From assembly GCA_016936615.1 (NCBI GenBank), contig JAFGXN010000141.1, forward strand, positions 6,053 through 70,052: a stretch of 64,000 nt of DNA. The letters run 5' to 3'. Source of the stretch: Spirochaetales bacterium (GTDB lineage Bacteria > Spirochaetota > Spirochaetia > JAFGXN01). The position numbers were made by a program, and so were the translations under genes. Positions 30,858-40,694 of the stretch are shown here, piece by piece (positions within the stretch are counted from its first letter, which is position 1; every line of letters starts with the position of its first letter). Below the pieces are notes generated by a model, which searched no databases, was not told where the DNA came from, and saw nothing but the letters and a program-made list of their open reading frames with translations.

Positions 30858-31605
30858 CTCGAACAACAAAGGATCGCAGCAGAAGATAATCATAAAGACT
30901 CCCCCTCCGCGGCGAAAAATCATAATAATAATCGCAATCGTAGCTGCCGCGATTGTTCTAGCCACAGGAGGCATAATCCTTCCCCAATTCGGGATTGGTC
31001 TATCTAAGACAACAAAGCTAACCGCCTCAGAGATAAGCCTAATTGGGATGGAGAAGCTCGCAGTCCTAGACACAATTGAAATGACCTACAAGACAGTCTT
31101 CCCATTCGACTTTATGCCAACTGAATGGGAATTCAGAAGGCTCCTTGAGAAAGATTCATATACTGAAGATGAGCTTTTTTACCTAATGACTAACTTTATA
31201 TGCCAAGAACTGAAGATAAATCCTTACAACACTGAAGAATTTATTGTCATAACAACGATATTAACAGCTGGCTACAAATCGGAAGATGAGAATGGAATAA
31301 ATTTTCAAGAAGCTATCATGATAGATGAAGAAAAAAGCAAAATAACCATTGCTCTACCATCTGCGACAGTAACGAAGGTTCAAACCGAGGACTTTTCAAC
31401 ATACTCAGAAAACTATCCACAATTCAAAGCCACTCCACAAAAGTGGAAAGAGATTATCGAACATATTAAACCCAAAATAATAGAAATGGCAGTAGAAGAT
31501 GGAATACTCACAAAGGCAGAGGAAAATGCCTCAACAAAGATTAAAATTATCCTTCAAGCGACAAAATGGAACAACATAGAGATAATTAACTCATGGGAAA
31601 ACTAA
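30826..31605 (+). CDS. DUF4230-like membrane-anchored paralog (TTG start)
   Basis: TTG start 6 nt after a perfect AAGGAGG SD. It overlaps the upstream gene by 32 nt in the +1 frame. N-terminal basic stretch plus a TM helix. The C-terminal motif AVEDGILTKAEENAST is shared with the upstream gene. Confidence 0.5.
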   Translation: MKKKILKTLNNSNNKGSQQKIIIKTPPPRRKIIIIIAIVAAAIVLATGGIILPQFGIGLSKTTKLTASEISLIGMEKLAVLDTIEMTYKTVFPFDFMPTEWEFRRLLEKDSYTEDELFYLMTNFICQELKINPYNTEEFIVITTILTAGYKSEDENGINFQEAIMIDEEKSKITIALPSATVTKVQTEDFSTYSENYPQFKATPQKWKEIIEHIKPKIIEMAVEDGILTKAEENASTKIKIILQATKWNNIEIINSWEN

Positions 31606-32012
31606 AAGCTCTCTCTTTTTAAGAAAAACAACTTCACGACATCATTCTCAAAAAAGACAACAAGATAGTCGTGTTGCTTGAAAACGCCCCAAACTCCAAG
31701 ATAATAATAGTAAAAAAGACCTTCTCCGACAGACTCTTCCCTCTCAGGCGCTCCTAAAACATCGTCAACAACAGACCGCTGGAGCGAACTCTTCAGTGTC
31801 GCAGATCCTCCAGTTGGCGCAGTCTTCAAACTGTCATACATCTTACCTCGAGGATTACTAAAATTATATAATGAAGCATCCTCACCAGATTCTTTATTTG
31901 CCTTCCAAATATCAGAATCAAAATCAAGGTCATCATAATTATAAGAGACACCATTTACTAGATTACAAGAGACAAAAATAATAGCAACAAAAACCAAAAG
32001 GATTTTTTTCAT
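31602..32012 (-). CDS. Small lipoprotein (136 aa)
   Basis: Lipobox FVSC. Convergent with, and 4 nt overlapping, the DUF4230 pair. Confidence 0.45.
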   Translation of the reverse strand: MKKILLVFVAIIFVSCNLVNGVSYNYDDLDFDSDIWKANKESGEDASLYNFSNPRGKMYDSLKTAPTGGSATLKSSLQRSVVDDVLGAPEREESVGEGLFYYYYLGVWGVFKQHDYLVVFFENDVVKLFFLKRESF

Positions 32013-32053
32013 AATCTAAGATAACAAGATATAAAAAAATGAGCAAGCAAAAA

Positions 32054-34108
32054 TTAAATCTTTAAATATTTTTCAAAAATTTTCCTAAGATTATCACTAG
32101 TTACAGGCTTCGAAATAAAATCATCCATTCCTGATTCAATAGCCTCATCCTTTTGATCACTCAAGGCCCCGGCAGTCAATGCAATTATTGGTAAATCTTT
32201 ATACTCAAGAAGTGCTCGAATCTGTCGTGTAGCCTCTAATCCATCTAACTCTGGCATCTGGATATCCATAAGAATAAAATCAAGAGTAATCTTTTTTGCC
32301 AAATCCACCGCCTCTACACCAGATCTCGCCAACACCAGATTAGCATGAGGCAACAATCCTGAGACAAGCTCTTTTACAAGCAACATATTCATCATGACAT
32401 CCTCTGCAATAAGAATATTAAATTCAAAATCACTAAGAATTTTAATATCTACTATCGCAGGCGAATACTTTTTATTCGAAACTACTGCTGTTTTTTTCTT
32501 AATTCCACGAATAATCGAGTACAACTCCCTAGCCTTAACAGGTTTTACAAGATTTAGATTCACACCCAGAGACTTACACTCATCCCGCAAACTCTGATCA
32601 TCTGAAGAGCTATGTAAAAAAATTAATGGAGTCTCTTTCTCTGTTAAATGAAGGTCAGAACGAATATGCTTTATTGTCTCTAGACCATCAAGCCCAGGCA
32701 TGTGATAATCGATTATAAGCAAATCAAATTTTTCAATCCTAAGAATCTCCAGAGCATCGCTACCACTCTCGCAACTCTTGTAATCTAGCCCCCAATGCGA
32801 AAAATTATGCTCAAGAATCATCCTATTATGAGCATTATCATCGACTATTAAGACCTTATTTATTGGCAAATCTGAGAGATCCTCCACCTCACTAGAATCT
32901 AAATCATCATAACACCTTGTAGAAATCGAAAAATAGAAGGTAGAACCCCGCCCATATTCACTATCCAGTAATATTTTTCCCCCCATCTTTTCAACTAGAA
33001 GGTTAGAGATAATCAGACCAAGACCAGTCCCACCATATTTGCGAGTTGTAGATGTATCGGCTTGGGAAAAAGCCTTGAACAATCTATCTTTCTGCTCAGG
33101 AAGAATACCAATTCCCGTATCAATAACAAAAAAATCAAATCTTCCCTGAGAATCACCCAAATCCACATATTCTAACTTTAACTCAACTTCACCAAACTCA
33201 GTAAACTTTATAGCATTGTTCAACAAGTTCAGAAGCACCTGTTTCAATCTTGTAGGGTCTAGCATCGCATATTTTGGAATATCTAAAGGAACATCTAGCA
33301 ATAACTCCAAGCCCTTCACCGAAGCTTGATATTTTATAACATCAACTACATCTTCCATTAACCTCGGAAGATCTGTCTTAAGAATATCCAAGTCCAGCTT
33401 TCCAGCTTCTATCTTCGAAAAATCCAGGATATCATTGATAATTCCCAAAAGAATTTTACCAGAAACATTAGCATTCTCTGCATACTGGCGTTGAGTATCA
33501 GTAAGAGGAGTCTGCAAGAGAAGATCTGTAAAACCTATAACACCATTAAGAGGAGTCCGAATCTCATGGCTCATATTAGCAAGAAACTCCGACTTTGCCT
33601 TACTTGCCTGCTCTGCCTCATCCTTTGCCTTCTCTAACTGCTCTTCAAATCTCTTCTTCTCAGAGATATCTCGCGTCACACCTTGAAATCCTATAATATT
33701 CCCATTCTTATCATGAACAATTTTCATTGTCATCGCGGTGTATATCAGAGAACCATCAGCCTTATACTGTTCAGCCTCCATATACAAAACCCTATCCTTA
33801 TCAATTCCAGGTAGATTATCTCTCTGAAGTTCAGTCTGAACAATCTCTTGGATACGGGCTAAAGTATCAGGTGGATGCTTCTTATCAAAAGGAACCTTGA
33901 CATATTCCTCAACTGTGTACCCTAGCAGTCGCTCAATCGAAGGACTTATATACTCAGTCTCCAAATTTGTATCTAGTGCCCATACAACATCTGAAATATT
34001 ATCAGTAATTCGTCGCAACTTCTCTTCACTCTTACGAAGCTCATCTTCTGCGACTCCTCTTTTTACATAATCTGAACTAGTTCTCTTTTTTTTTAAGAAA
34101 AAAGCCAT
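32054..34108 (-). CDS. Hybrid sensor histidine kinase / response regulator with PAS domain
   Basis: PAS domain, HisKA H-box (SHEIRTPLNGV), HATPase_c (DTGIGI, GGTGLGL), then two REC domains (DYHMPGLDG, DIQMPELDG). Confidence 0.85.
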   Translation of the reverse strand: MAFFLKKKRTSSDYVKRGVAEDELRKSEEKLRRITDNISDVVWALDTNLETEYISPSIERLLGYTVEEYVKVPFDKKHPPDTLARIQEIVQTELQRDNLPGIDKDRVLYMEAEQYKADGSLIYTAMTMKIVHDKNGNIIGFQGVTRDISEKKRFEEQLEKAKDEAEQASKAKSEFLANMSHEIRTPLNGVIGFTDLLLQTPLTDTQRQYAENANVSGKILLGIINDILDFSKIEAGKLDLDILKTDLPRLMEDVVDVIKYQASVKGLELLLDVPLDIPKYAMLDPTRLKQVLLNLLNNAIKFTEFGEVELKLEYVDLGDSQGRFDFFVIDTGIGILPEQKDRLFKAFSQADTSTTRKYGGTGLGLIISNLLVEKMGGKILLDSEYGRGSTFYFSISTRCYDDLDSSEVEDLSDLPINKVLIVDDNAHNRMILEHNFSHWGLDYKSCESGSDALEILRIEKFDLLIIDYHMPGLDGLETIKHIRSDLHLTEKETPLIFLHSSSDDQSLRDECKSLGVNLNLVKPVKARELYSIIRGIKKKTAVVSNKKYSPAIVDIKILSDFEFNILIAEDVMMNMLLVKELVSGLLPHANLVLARSGVEAVDLAKKITLDFILMDIQMPELDGLEATRQIRALLEYKDLPIIALTAGALSDQKDEAIESGMDDFISKPVTSDNLRKIFEKYLKI

Positions 34109-34294
34109 ATATCCCCCACAAATTATTGGTTCTATCTTATTCTAGTATAAAAACTATTCTAACGAATCGCAATTTAACACTACTAAAAGAATATTAGCAA
34201 TGACTAACAAATAAGAATCATAAAAATACAGGAAGATGAAAAAAAAATTATTGATATCTATACGTAAAGGGAATATATTATAGATGTATTTTGA

Positions 34295-34477
<183 letters not shown>

Positions 34478-34486
34478 TTATTTATT

Positions 34487-34514
34487 AAACCAGATTGCAA
34501 AATCTGGTTTTTTT
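34487..34514 (+). terminator. Rho-independent terminator after the ferredoxin gene
   Basis: 8-bp stem ACCAGATT/AATCTGGT, 4-nt loop, T7 run. The fur stop codon lies inside the T-run on the other strand. Confidence 0.55.
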
Positions 34515-34959
34515 ATTCTTTTTGACACCTATTACAGAGACCTTTTATAATAATATTGACAGATTCAATCTCAAAACGATGTCTTTCAGAAAAAATCGAT
34601 GCGGCAGCACTAATCCGATGATCACTAATATCAATAGTTTTTCCACAACTTGTGCACAATAGATACCCAGTATGAGTTGATGAATCTATACACTCATAGA
34701 CCTTTTTCCCAAGATTATTTGGAACACTCTTGATTATTCCTGCATTCTCAAATATACCGATATGCCTGTAAATCGTTGCCTTAGAAATTTTTACATCACC
34801 AGAATCGATAATTTTATAGAGATCATCTACCGAAAAGGTAGATTTTTTCATCAAAATCGAGTTAAAAACAATCTTCATCTCAAAGCTATAGTTTAAACGT
34901 CTATTTATCAGATATTTTTTCAATTTTTCTTCAATAAAATCCAACTCTATCCCCCACAT
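34513..34959 (-). CDS. fur: Fur-family metalloregulator (Fur/PerR/Zur type)
   Basis: 148 aa. N-terminal wHTH and C-terminal metal sites (HTGYLLCTSCGK ... CNRC). Confidence 0.8.
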   Translation of the reverse strand: MWGIELDFIEEKLKKYLINRRLNYSFEMKIVFNSILMKKSTFSVDDLYKIIDSGDVKISKATIYRHIGIFENAGIIKSVPNNLGKKVYECIDSSTHTGYLLCTSCGKTIDISDHRISAAASIFSERHRFEIESVNIIIKGLCNRCQKE

Positions 34960-34969
34960 GAAATAAGAG

Positions 34970-35011
34970 AGTTATTCACATCAATATACAAGTTATCCAC
35001 AAGTTATGAAC
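34970..35011. promoter_or_regulatory. Three phased AGTTATNNAC direct repeats in the fur / add divergent region (candidate operator)
   Basis: AGTTATTCAC (34970), AGTTATCCAC (34991) and AGTTATGAAC (35002). The spacings of 21 and 11 nt are helical-turn multiples. The repeats start 11 nt from the fur start codon. Confidence 0.25.
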
Positions 35012-35120
35012 ATTTTACTTTAAAACATACTCTATCTGAATGATAAAGCATATTTGGAAAAAGGTTAACTTATTTTAGGAAAAAATTGACTTAGATTTAA
35101 AAAATAATTATGTTTTAAAC

Positions 35121-36155
35121 ATGAATGAGTTTATAAGGCAATTACCAAAGATTGAATTACACGATCACCTAGACGGAGGGCTTCGAACTCAAACAGTTTT
35201 CGAACTTCTACAAGAGAAAAAGAATAATTTCAAAATTAAATCACTCGAAGAATTATCTCAATATATCGAAGGTAACATCAGCAAGGGCTCACTCGCAGAT
35301 TATCTGAAGAACTTTGAATTAACTACTGCAGTAATGCAGAGTTACAATAATCTCAAGAGGATTGCGTATGAATCTGCGGAAGATCTCCATAACGAGAATG
35401 TAGTCTACGCTGAGATTAGATTTGCACCAGAGCTACACACCAGAGAAGGGCTTACTCTGCAAGAAGTAATCAATGCTGTCCGTGAAGGACTGATTCAAGC
35501 AGAAGAGAAACTCCAAATCAAGACAAATATAATTATCTGTTTAATTAGAGAAGCCTCACAAGAGGAGGCAAAAGAGATTGCGCAATTATGCATAGACAAC
35601 TTCGGGGATAAGGTTTGTGGATTTGACATTGCAGGGAAAGAGAATGGAAATCCTCCTGAGAAATACATCCAAATCTTTAGGATGCTCAAATCCAACAACA
35701 TACCAGTTACAATTCACGCTGGCGAAGAGAGTGACTACTCATATATAAATGCAGCAATTCTTGACTGCAAGGCTAAGAGGATAGGACACGGGATCAAATC
35801 TGCAAATGTTCCAGACAAACTCTGTCTCGATATAATAAAGCAACACGAAATACACCTTGAAGTATGCATCAGCTCAAACATCCAGACAAAGGTTGTAGAA
35901 AGCGTAGAGCTTCATCCTGCAAAAATATTAAAAAAGAAGGGAATAAACTTCTCGCTCTGTAGCGACAACAGATTAATGAGCAAGACAAATATTAGCCAAG
36001 AGCTGAAGATAGCTAGCAAAGAGTTAAAATTCTCAAAGAAAGATCTAGTTCAGATGCAAAAGCTAGCAATAAAGAATTCCTTCGCCACAGATGAGATAAA
36101 AAAAGAGATTTTAGAAAAAATAGAAAATTTTGAAAAGATTAATAGACCCCAATAG
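35121..36155 (+). CDS. add: Adenosine deaminase
   Basis: Metal-binding HxHLDG (LHDHLDGGLR), HAGE and the SxxxD C-terminal motif, at the typical 344 aa length. Confidence 0.85.
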   Translation: MNEFIRQLPKIELHDHLDGGLRTQTVFELLQEKKNNFKIKSLEELSQYIEGNISKGSLADYLKNFELTTAVMQSYNNLKRIAYESAEDLHNENVVYAEIRFAPELHTREGLTLQEVINAVREGLIQAEEKLQIKTNIIICLIREASQEEAKEIAQLCIDNFGDKVCGFDIAGKENGNPPEKYIQIFRMLKSNNIPVTIHAGEESDYSYINAAILDCKAKRIGHGIKSANVPDKLCLDIIKQHEIHLEVCISSNIQTKVVESVELHPAKILKKKGINFSLCSDNRLMSKTNISQELKIASKELKFSKKDLVQMQKLAIKNSFATDEIKKEILEKIENFEKINRPQ

Positions 36156-36798
36156 GCTCGACACGATCAACCTTAAGCATAATCTTAACTTGACAGATAT
36201 AGTGTCCTGAATCAATGTGAAATCGAGGAACCTCTTTTAAAGAAAATTTTCCAAAGACCTCACCAGGCTTATTTTTTAATTTTTCTCTTAAAAGAGTTCT
36301 AATTGCATCCCTGCAGGAATTACCAAAAGCCTTCAAGACAGTGTCATCATTCTCAAACATCGAGAACTCCCCAGTACCCGCAGAATCTTCATTAGAATAA
36401 TGCGACCATGCTGAATATTTCTGAAGCTCATCTAAATCCATAGTAAATATTACAATCGCAGTCAATCTATCCTGGTCAAACTCCTGCTGAACAATCTTCG
36501 CTCGGCTCTGATCTGTGATATTCGCAATCTGCGAATACTCGAACTCCTCCGCGATACCACGAACCTTGTCAAAAGGAATGTAGCGGAAATTATAGCCATA
36601 AATCATCCCACTAAAAAAATAGTTTGCATTTGAAAGGATCTTCTTCTCCATCTCAGACTTGTTCAACCACTGATGGAACCCAGCATCACCCACACGGTAC
36701 TCCATACACCAGAAATTACCCTGCAAATAGTCTGACTCGACCTGAGCTTGAACTGAAAATGTAAGAAATATAAAAGCAAAAAAAACCACTCTCTTCAT
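36139..36798 (-). CDS. Secreted hypothetical protein (219 aa)
   Basis: Signal peptide with an SVQA|QV cleavage site. Its 3' end overlaps the add 3' end by 17 nt (convergent). Confidence 0.45.
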   Translation of the reverse strand: MKRVVFFAFIFLTFSVQAQVESDYLQGNFWCMEYRVGDAGFHQWLNKSEMEKKILSNANYFFSGMIYGYNFRYIPFDKVRGIAEEFEYSQIANITDQSRAKIVQQEFDQDRLTAIVIFTMDLDELQKYSAWSHYSNEDSAGTGEFSMFENDDTVLKAFGNSCRDAIRTLLREKLKNKPGEVFGKFSLKEVPRFHIDSGHYICQVKIMLKVDRVEPIGVY

Positions 36799-36801
36799 AA
36801 A

Positions 36802-37452
36802 CTACCTATTATCTATAGCCTTCTTGATTGCCCGAAAAGGATTTATATTCAAAACAAAAAAACAGTAGAGAAAACAAAAGCCCATACCTGCTAAATGTGC
36901 AATAATAGCAACATCTGAAGATCTGCCAAGACTTGATAGAGCCTGTTGCGCAAGACCTAACAACATATACAGCCCCACAATTATTGCTACATTTGAGCGA
37001 ATCAAACCGAAGAAGTTAATCCTCAAATCTGCGTACAGAACTATAAAGGCTGTCATCACAGCATAGACAGAACCTGAAGCACCAACAAGGAGAATAGATT
37101 GATTAAATACAAGAATATAAAAAAGATAACTTATAATACCTGAAAACAATCCAGCAATTATATAGAAGAAAAGAAAACTATAACTTCCAATCTTCTCCTC
37201 AACATAGTAGCCAAAAAAGAAAAGCCCAATCATATTAAATAAGAAGTGCTGAAAGTCTCCATGAGCAAACATATATGAGAAAAATCTGTACAATTCAAGC
37301 CCAAGTAAAGCATCTTTGTTCATGCCAATATAATTGTTAACAAAATGCTCTTTTGCAATAATACTTGCAACAAAGACACCGAGATTAATAAGTATAATTA
37401 AAAAAAACAAATTGTAAGTTCTGTAAGGGAAAACTCTTTTATTCAAATTCAT
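36802..37452 (-). CDS. Rhomboid family intramembrane serine protease
   Basis: Six TM helices with catalytic GASGSVYA (GxSG) and a downstream AHLAG histidine. Confidence 0.75.
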   Translation of the reverse strand: MNLNKRVFPYRTYNLFFLIILINLGVFVASIIAKEHFVNNYIGMNKDALLGLELYRFFSYMFAHGDFQHFLFNMIGLFFFGYYVEEKIGSYSFLFFYIIAGLFSGIISYLFYILVFNQSILLVGASGSVYAVMTAFIVLYADLRINFFGLIRSNVAIIVGLYMLLGLAQQALSSLGRSSDVAIIAHLAGMGFCFLYCFFVLNINPFRAIKKAIDNR

Positions 37453-37481
37453 AACACCTCAATCTCACTCTAAAAATAAGA

Positions 37482-38564
37482 TTATCTTTTCTCCACGTCA
37501 ATAATAATATCAGATTTTTTGAGAAAAGACTCTATCAAACTAAGCAAATTTGATTTTTCTTCTGATTCTGGCAAAAATTTATTGAAATTTGCTATCGATT
37601 TAGTAAGCAGATCTAGACCAATCTCACTTGCCTTACGTATTGCCCCAGAACTCTCTAAAAGTTCTATCGCCTCTGAGACAGAATCCCAACCATCAACAAT
37701 CCCAAGTCGCTTCGCACTCTCAAAGCAAGAAAAAAGCCTATCAATCTGTGCTCCGCTCTCCTGCGCAAAGATAATTACTGGGAGACTCTTCTTTCCCTCA
37801 ACAATATCATCGCCACGGTCTTTGCCTTCAATTTTTCCAACAAGATTCTTCACATCATCTGCGATCTGAAAGCCAATCCCCATCATCTCAGCAGCATCGA
37901 CAAGCCCGCTAACAACACTCTCAGAAAGTGAGACCCCTCCAGCCACCGCATATGCAAGCCCAAACTCAGCAGCCATCCCCGACAGTGCACCAGTCTTTAA
38001 TCGACACATCTGAAGATACTCATCAATAGAGGGAATCTCTTTAACATTTCTATGCCAAAGGATATCTAACCCCTGTCCAAAATGCAAACGCCGCATGTAT
38101 CGAGAATAAATCTCATGGAAGGCTGCCTTCTTTTCAAGACTCAGCGACAACAAGTCAATGTTCAGAAGCGCAAGAAAATACATCTGATTACCCGCATTTA
38201 TGGAGAGATCATCACCATAAATCCGATGAACACACGGTTTTCCTCGACGAACTTCAGAAAGATCCTCAATATCATCAACAATAAGAGTCCCATTGTGTGC
38301 AATCTCAACAACAGGGCAAAGTTTCAAAATTTTTTCATCTGAAACAAAGGAATTAGAGATAAGATACATCATCAAAGGGCGCCAACGCTTGCCACCCCGA
38401 AGGATTAAATCCTTACCTGGCGCTAAAATTCGCTGAATATTCTCATACGAGAGCGAATCAAGATTCCGCCCTGTCGATTTTTTTATTATAGAAGAATCTT
38501 CCTGAAAAAAAGCAACAACCTCTCTCTCAATCTTCTCCAAAATCTGTTCTATATTTCCACTCAT
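37482..38564 (-). CDS. Polyprenyl diphosphate synthase (trans-isoprenyl diphosphate synthase)
   Basis: FARM motif DDIED and SARM motif DDVKN. Chain length is not callable from sequence. Confidence 0.85.
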   Translation of the reverse strand: MSGNIEQILEKIEREVVAFFQEDSSIIKKSTGRNLDSLSYENIQRILAPGKDLILRGGKRWRPLMMYLISNSFVSDEKILKLCPVVEIAHNGTLIVDDIEDLSEVRRGKPCVHRIYGDDLSINAGNQMYFLALLNIDLLSLSLEKKAAFHEIYSRYMRRLHFGQGLDILWHRNVKEIPSIDEYLQMCRLKTGALSGMAAEFGLAYAVAGGVSLSESVVSGLVDAAEMMGIGFQIADDVKNLVGKIEGKDRGDDIVEGKKSLPVIIFAQESGAQIDRLFSCFESAKRLGIVDGWDSVSEAIELLESSGAIRKASEIGLDLLTKSIANFNKFLPESEEKSNLLSLIESFLKKSDIIIDVEKR

Positions 38565-38662
38565 AATAAAAGTTTAACATAAAAGAGCGAATTTTTACAC
38601 CAAATAGAAATATATTTTTTTCAATAGGTTGCCTTTTTTCATAAAAAGGATAAAATAGTCTT

Positions 38663-39409
38663 ATGAAAATTGGAGTATATGGTTTAGGAAGATTTGGTAG
38701 CTTTTGGGCTTCCACTCTAGCAAATGATTTTGAGGTACTAGTCTATTCACGAAGCGAGCAACACTCTGTGCCAGAAGGGACTAGACGTGTTAGTCTCGAA
38801 GAACTATCAACATGTTCAGCAATATTCTTGTGTTCTGCAATATCTGCGACAGAACCAGTTCTGAAATCGCTACTACCCCACATCGAAGCAGAGACCCAAA
38901 TCATAGATACCTGCTCAGTCAAGGTCTATCCCACTAGCCTAATGAAAAAGCTTCTTCCCAATAATGAAATTCTCGGAACCCACCCAATGTTTGGGCCAGA
39001 TTCTGCAAAGAATGGAGTAGAGGGTCTGCCTATCGTAGTAACTCCACTCAGAGAGAACTCTAAATCAGCTGTTTTTTGGGAAAAATATTTTTCATCTCGG
39101 AAGATGAAGGTATATCTGATGACTCCTGAAGAGCATGACAAAGAGGCTGCAATGACTCAGGGAATTACCCACTTTATCGGAAGAACCCTGAACGAATTAG
39201 GACTAGAACAGAGCCAGATAGCAACAAAGGGATACAACTCCCTATTAGAAATCATCAAGCAGACCTGCAACGATCCATGGCAACTCTTTCTCGATCTTCA
39301 AAAATACAATCCATACACCGAACAGATGCGAGAAAGCCTCCACGAGGTTCTTCACGACATGCTCACAAAGCTTGACCACATCGATATTTTAACAACCAAA
39401 AAAGATTAA
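38663..39409 (+). CDS. tyrA: Prephenate/arogenate dehydrogenase
   Basis: N-terminal Rossmann fold GLGRFGS and a HPMFGP catalytic His motif. Confidence 0.7.
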   Translation: MKIGVYGLGRFGSFWASTLANDFEVLVYSRSEQHSVPEGTRRVSLEELSTCSAIFLCSAISATEPVLKSLLPHIEAETQIIDTCSVKVYPTSLMKKLLPNNEILGTHPMFGPDSAKNGVEGLPIVVTPLRENSKSAVFWEKYFSSRKMKVYLMTPEEHDKEAAMTQGITHFIGRTLNELGLEQSQIATKGYNSLLEIIKQTCNDPWQLFLDLQKYNPYTEQMRESLHEVLHDMLTKLDHIDILTTKKD

Positions 39410-39449
39410 CACACTTGAAGTTTTTTCCCATTTGCAATAATCTAAAATA

Positions 39450-40037
39450 ATGAACAGAAGCAAACCAGACCATTACACAATCAGAGCAATCAAAGAAGGC
39501 TACCCGGCACGAAGTGTCTATAAGCTCGAAGAGATTGACCAGAAATTCAAAGTAATCAAAAAAGGAGCTAAAATCCTTGATATCGGTGCTGCGCCTGGAA
39601 GTTGGAGCCTATATTCACTTAAAAAAACAGGAAATGAAGGCTTTGTCCTAGGGATAGATTTCAAGGATATCAAGCTGAAGCAATTTCCAAACTTCAAATT
39701 CATACAAGATGATGCCTTTTCCGAATCAACACTTGAAGAGATAAACAAGATTGGGGAATTTGACCTAGTCCTAAGCGATGCGGCGCCAGCAACAACTGGG
39801 AATCGAACTGTTGATACAGCAAGATCCGAGGAGCTTGTAGAACAGGTGATAGATCTTGCTGCCAAAATTATAGCAGGACAAGGCTACCTGATTGTGAAGA
39901 TCTTCCAAGGTCAAAATGCGAAGAAGATGATAGATTTAGCTAAGGAAAAATTTGAAATCGTCAAGACATTTAAGCCTCAAGCCTGTCGAAAAGACTCCTT
40001 TGAAACATATATAATTGCTAACAAGAAAAAACAGTGA
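39450..40037 (+). CDS. rlmE: 23S rRNA (uridine-2'-O)-methyltransferase RlmE/FtsJ
   Basis: RSAYKLEEI, DIGAAPGSWS and DAAP motifs of FtsJ-type MTases. Confidence 0.85.
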   Translation: MNRSKPDHYTIRAIKEGYPARSVYKLEEIDQKFKVIKKGAKILDIGAAPGSWSLYSLKKTGNEGFVLGIDFKDIKLKQFPNFKFIQDDAFSESTLEEINKIGEFDLVLSDAAPATTGNRTVDTARSEELVEQVIDLAAKIIAGQGYLIVKIFQGQNAKKMIDLAKEKFEIVKTFKPQACRKDSFETYIIANKKKQ

Positions 40038-40049
40038 TATAATTTTAAT

Positions 40050-40694
40050 ATGAGAATACAAAGTCTTGTGATGTTAATTTTTTGCATAAGCTCATGTGCT
40101 ACTTTTTCCAATTCAGAACTGACTCAAGCACAGCAGTCAAGGGTTAATAAGATTGTAGAAGCTGCCTACCAATTAGAAGGGAAAAAGACATTAGTTGTCA
40201 ACGAGAAGAAGTTCAACTCCGACTGCACAGGCGCAATCGCAGCAGTCTACCACAATGCCGGGATAGACCTATACAAGTATATCCAGAAATACAAAGGAAA
40301 CGGCGTAACTAGGCTTTACAACCTACTTTCTGACTATAAATTGTTGCATTTCAGCTCTTTCCCACGGGTTGGGGATATAATTTTCTGGGACAACACCTAC
40401 GATAAGAACAACGATAAGATTGAAAATGATGAGCTAACACACACTGGAATTGTAATATCAGTCTCTCGCAACGGAGATATTAAATATGCACACTACCACT
40501 ATACTAAAGGCTTCACAATTGAATCAATGAACCTTCTTTTCCCAGACATCTACACAAAAGAGATAAATGGGAAAGTGGTTGTAATTAATTCGCCAATGAG
40601 AGCAAAATCTGCCCCCAAAAGCAAGAATTGGTTAGCATCACACCTGTGCAGAAAATTTGGAATGGGATATTTTCTACCTGATCTAGTTGATTAA
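40050..40694 (+). CDS. NlpC/P60-family lipoprotein (putative cell-wall endopeptidase)
   Basis: Lipobox ISSC. Catalytic Cys in FNSDCTGAIAAVYHNAGI and His in HTGIVISV. Confidence 0.5.
   Translation: MRIQSLVMLIFCISSCATFSNSELTQAQQSRVNKIVEAAYQLEGKKTLVVNEKKFNSDCTGAIAAVYHNAGIDLYKYIQKYKGNGVTRLYNLLSDYKLLHFSSFPRVGDIIFWDNTYDKNNDKIENDELTHTGIVISVSRNGDIKYAHYHYTKGFTIESMNLLFPDIYTKEINGKVVVINSPMRAKSAPKSKNWLASHLCRKFGMGYFLPDLVD

Noticed and set aside
30303-31605. The DUF4230-like pair as one gene broken by a frameshift (pseudogene).
   Set aside because: Each ORF has its own N-terminal membrane anchor. The second has a perfect SD at ideal spacing. The shared motif is C-terminal in both, so they are paralogs and not halves of one protein.
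34960-35120. Purine riboswitch upstream of add.
   Set aside because: The region is only about 160 nt. It is AT-rich and lacks the conserved purine-riboswitch junction sequences and paired stems. The repeats present look like protein operator sites instead.
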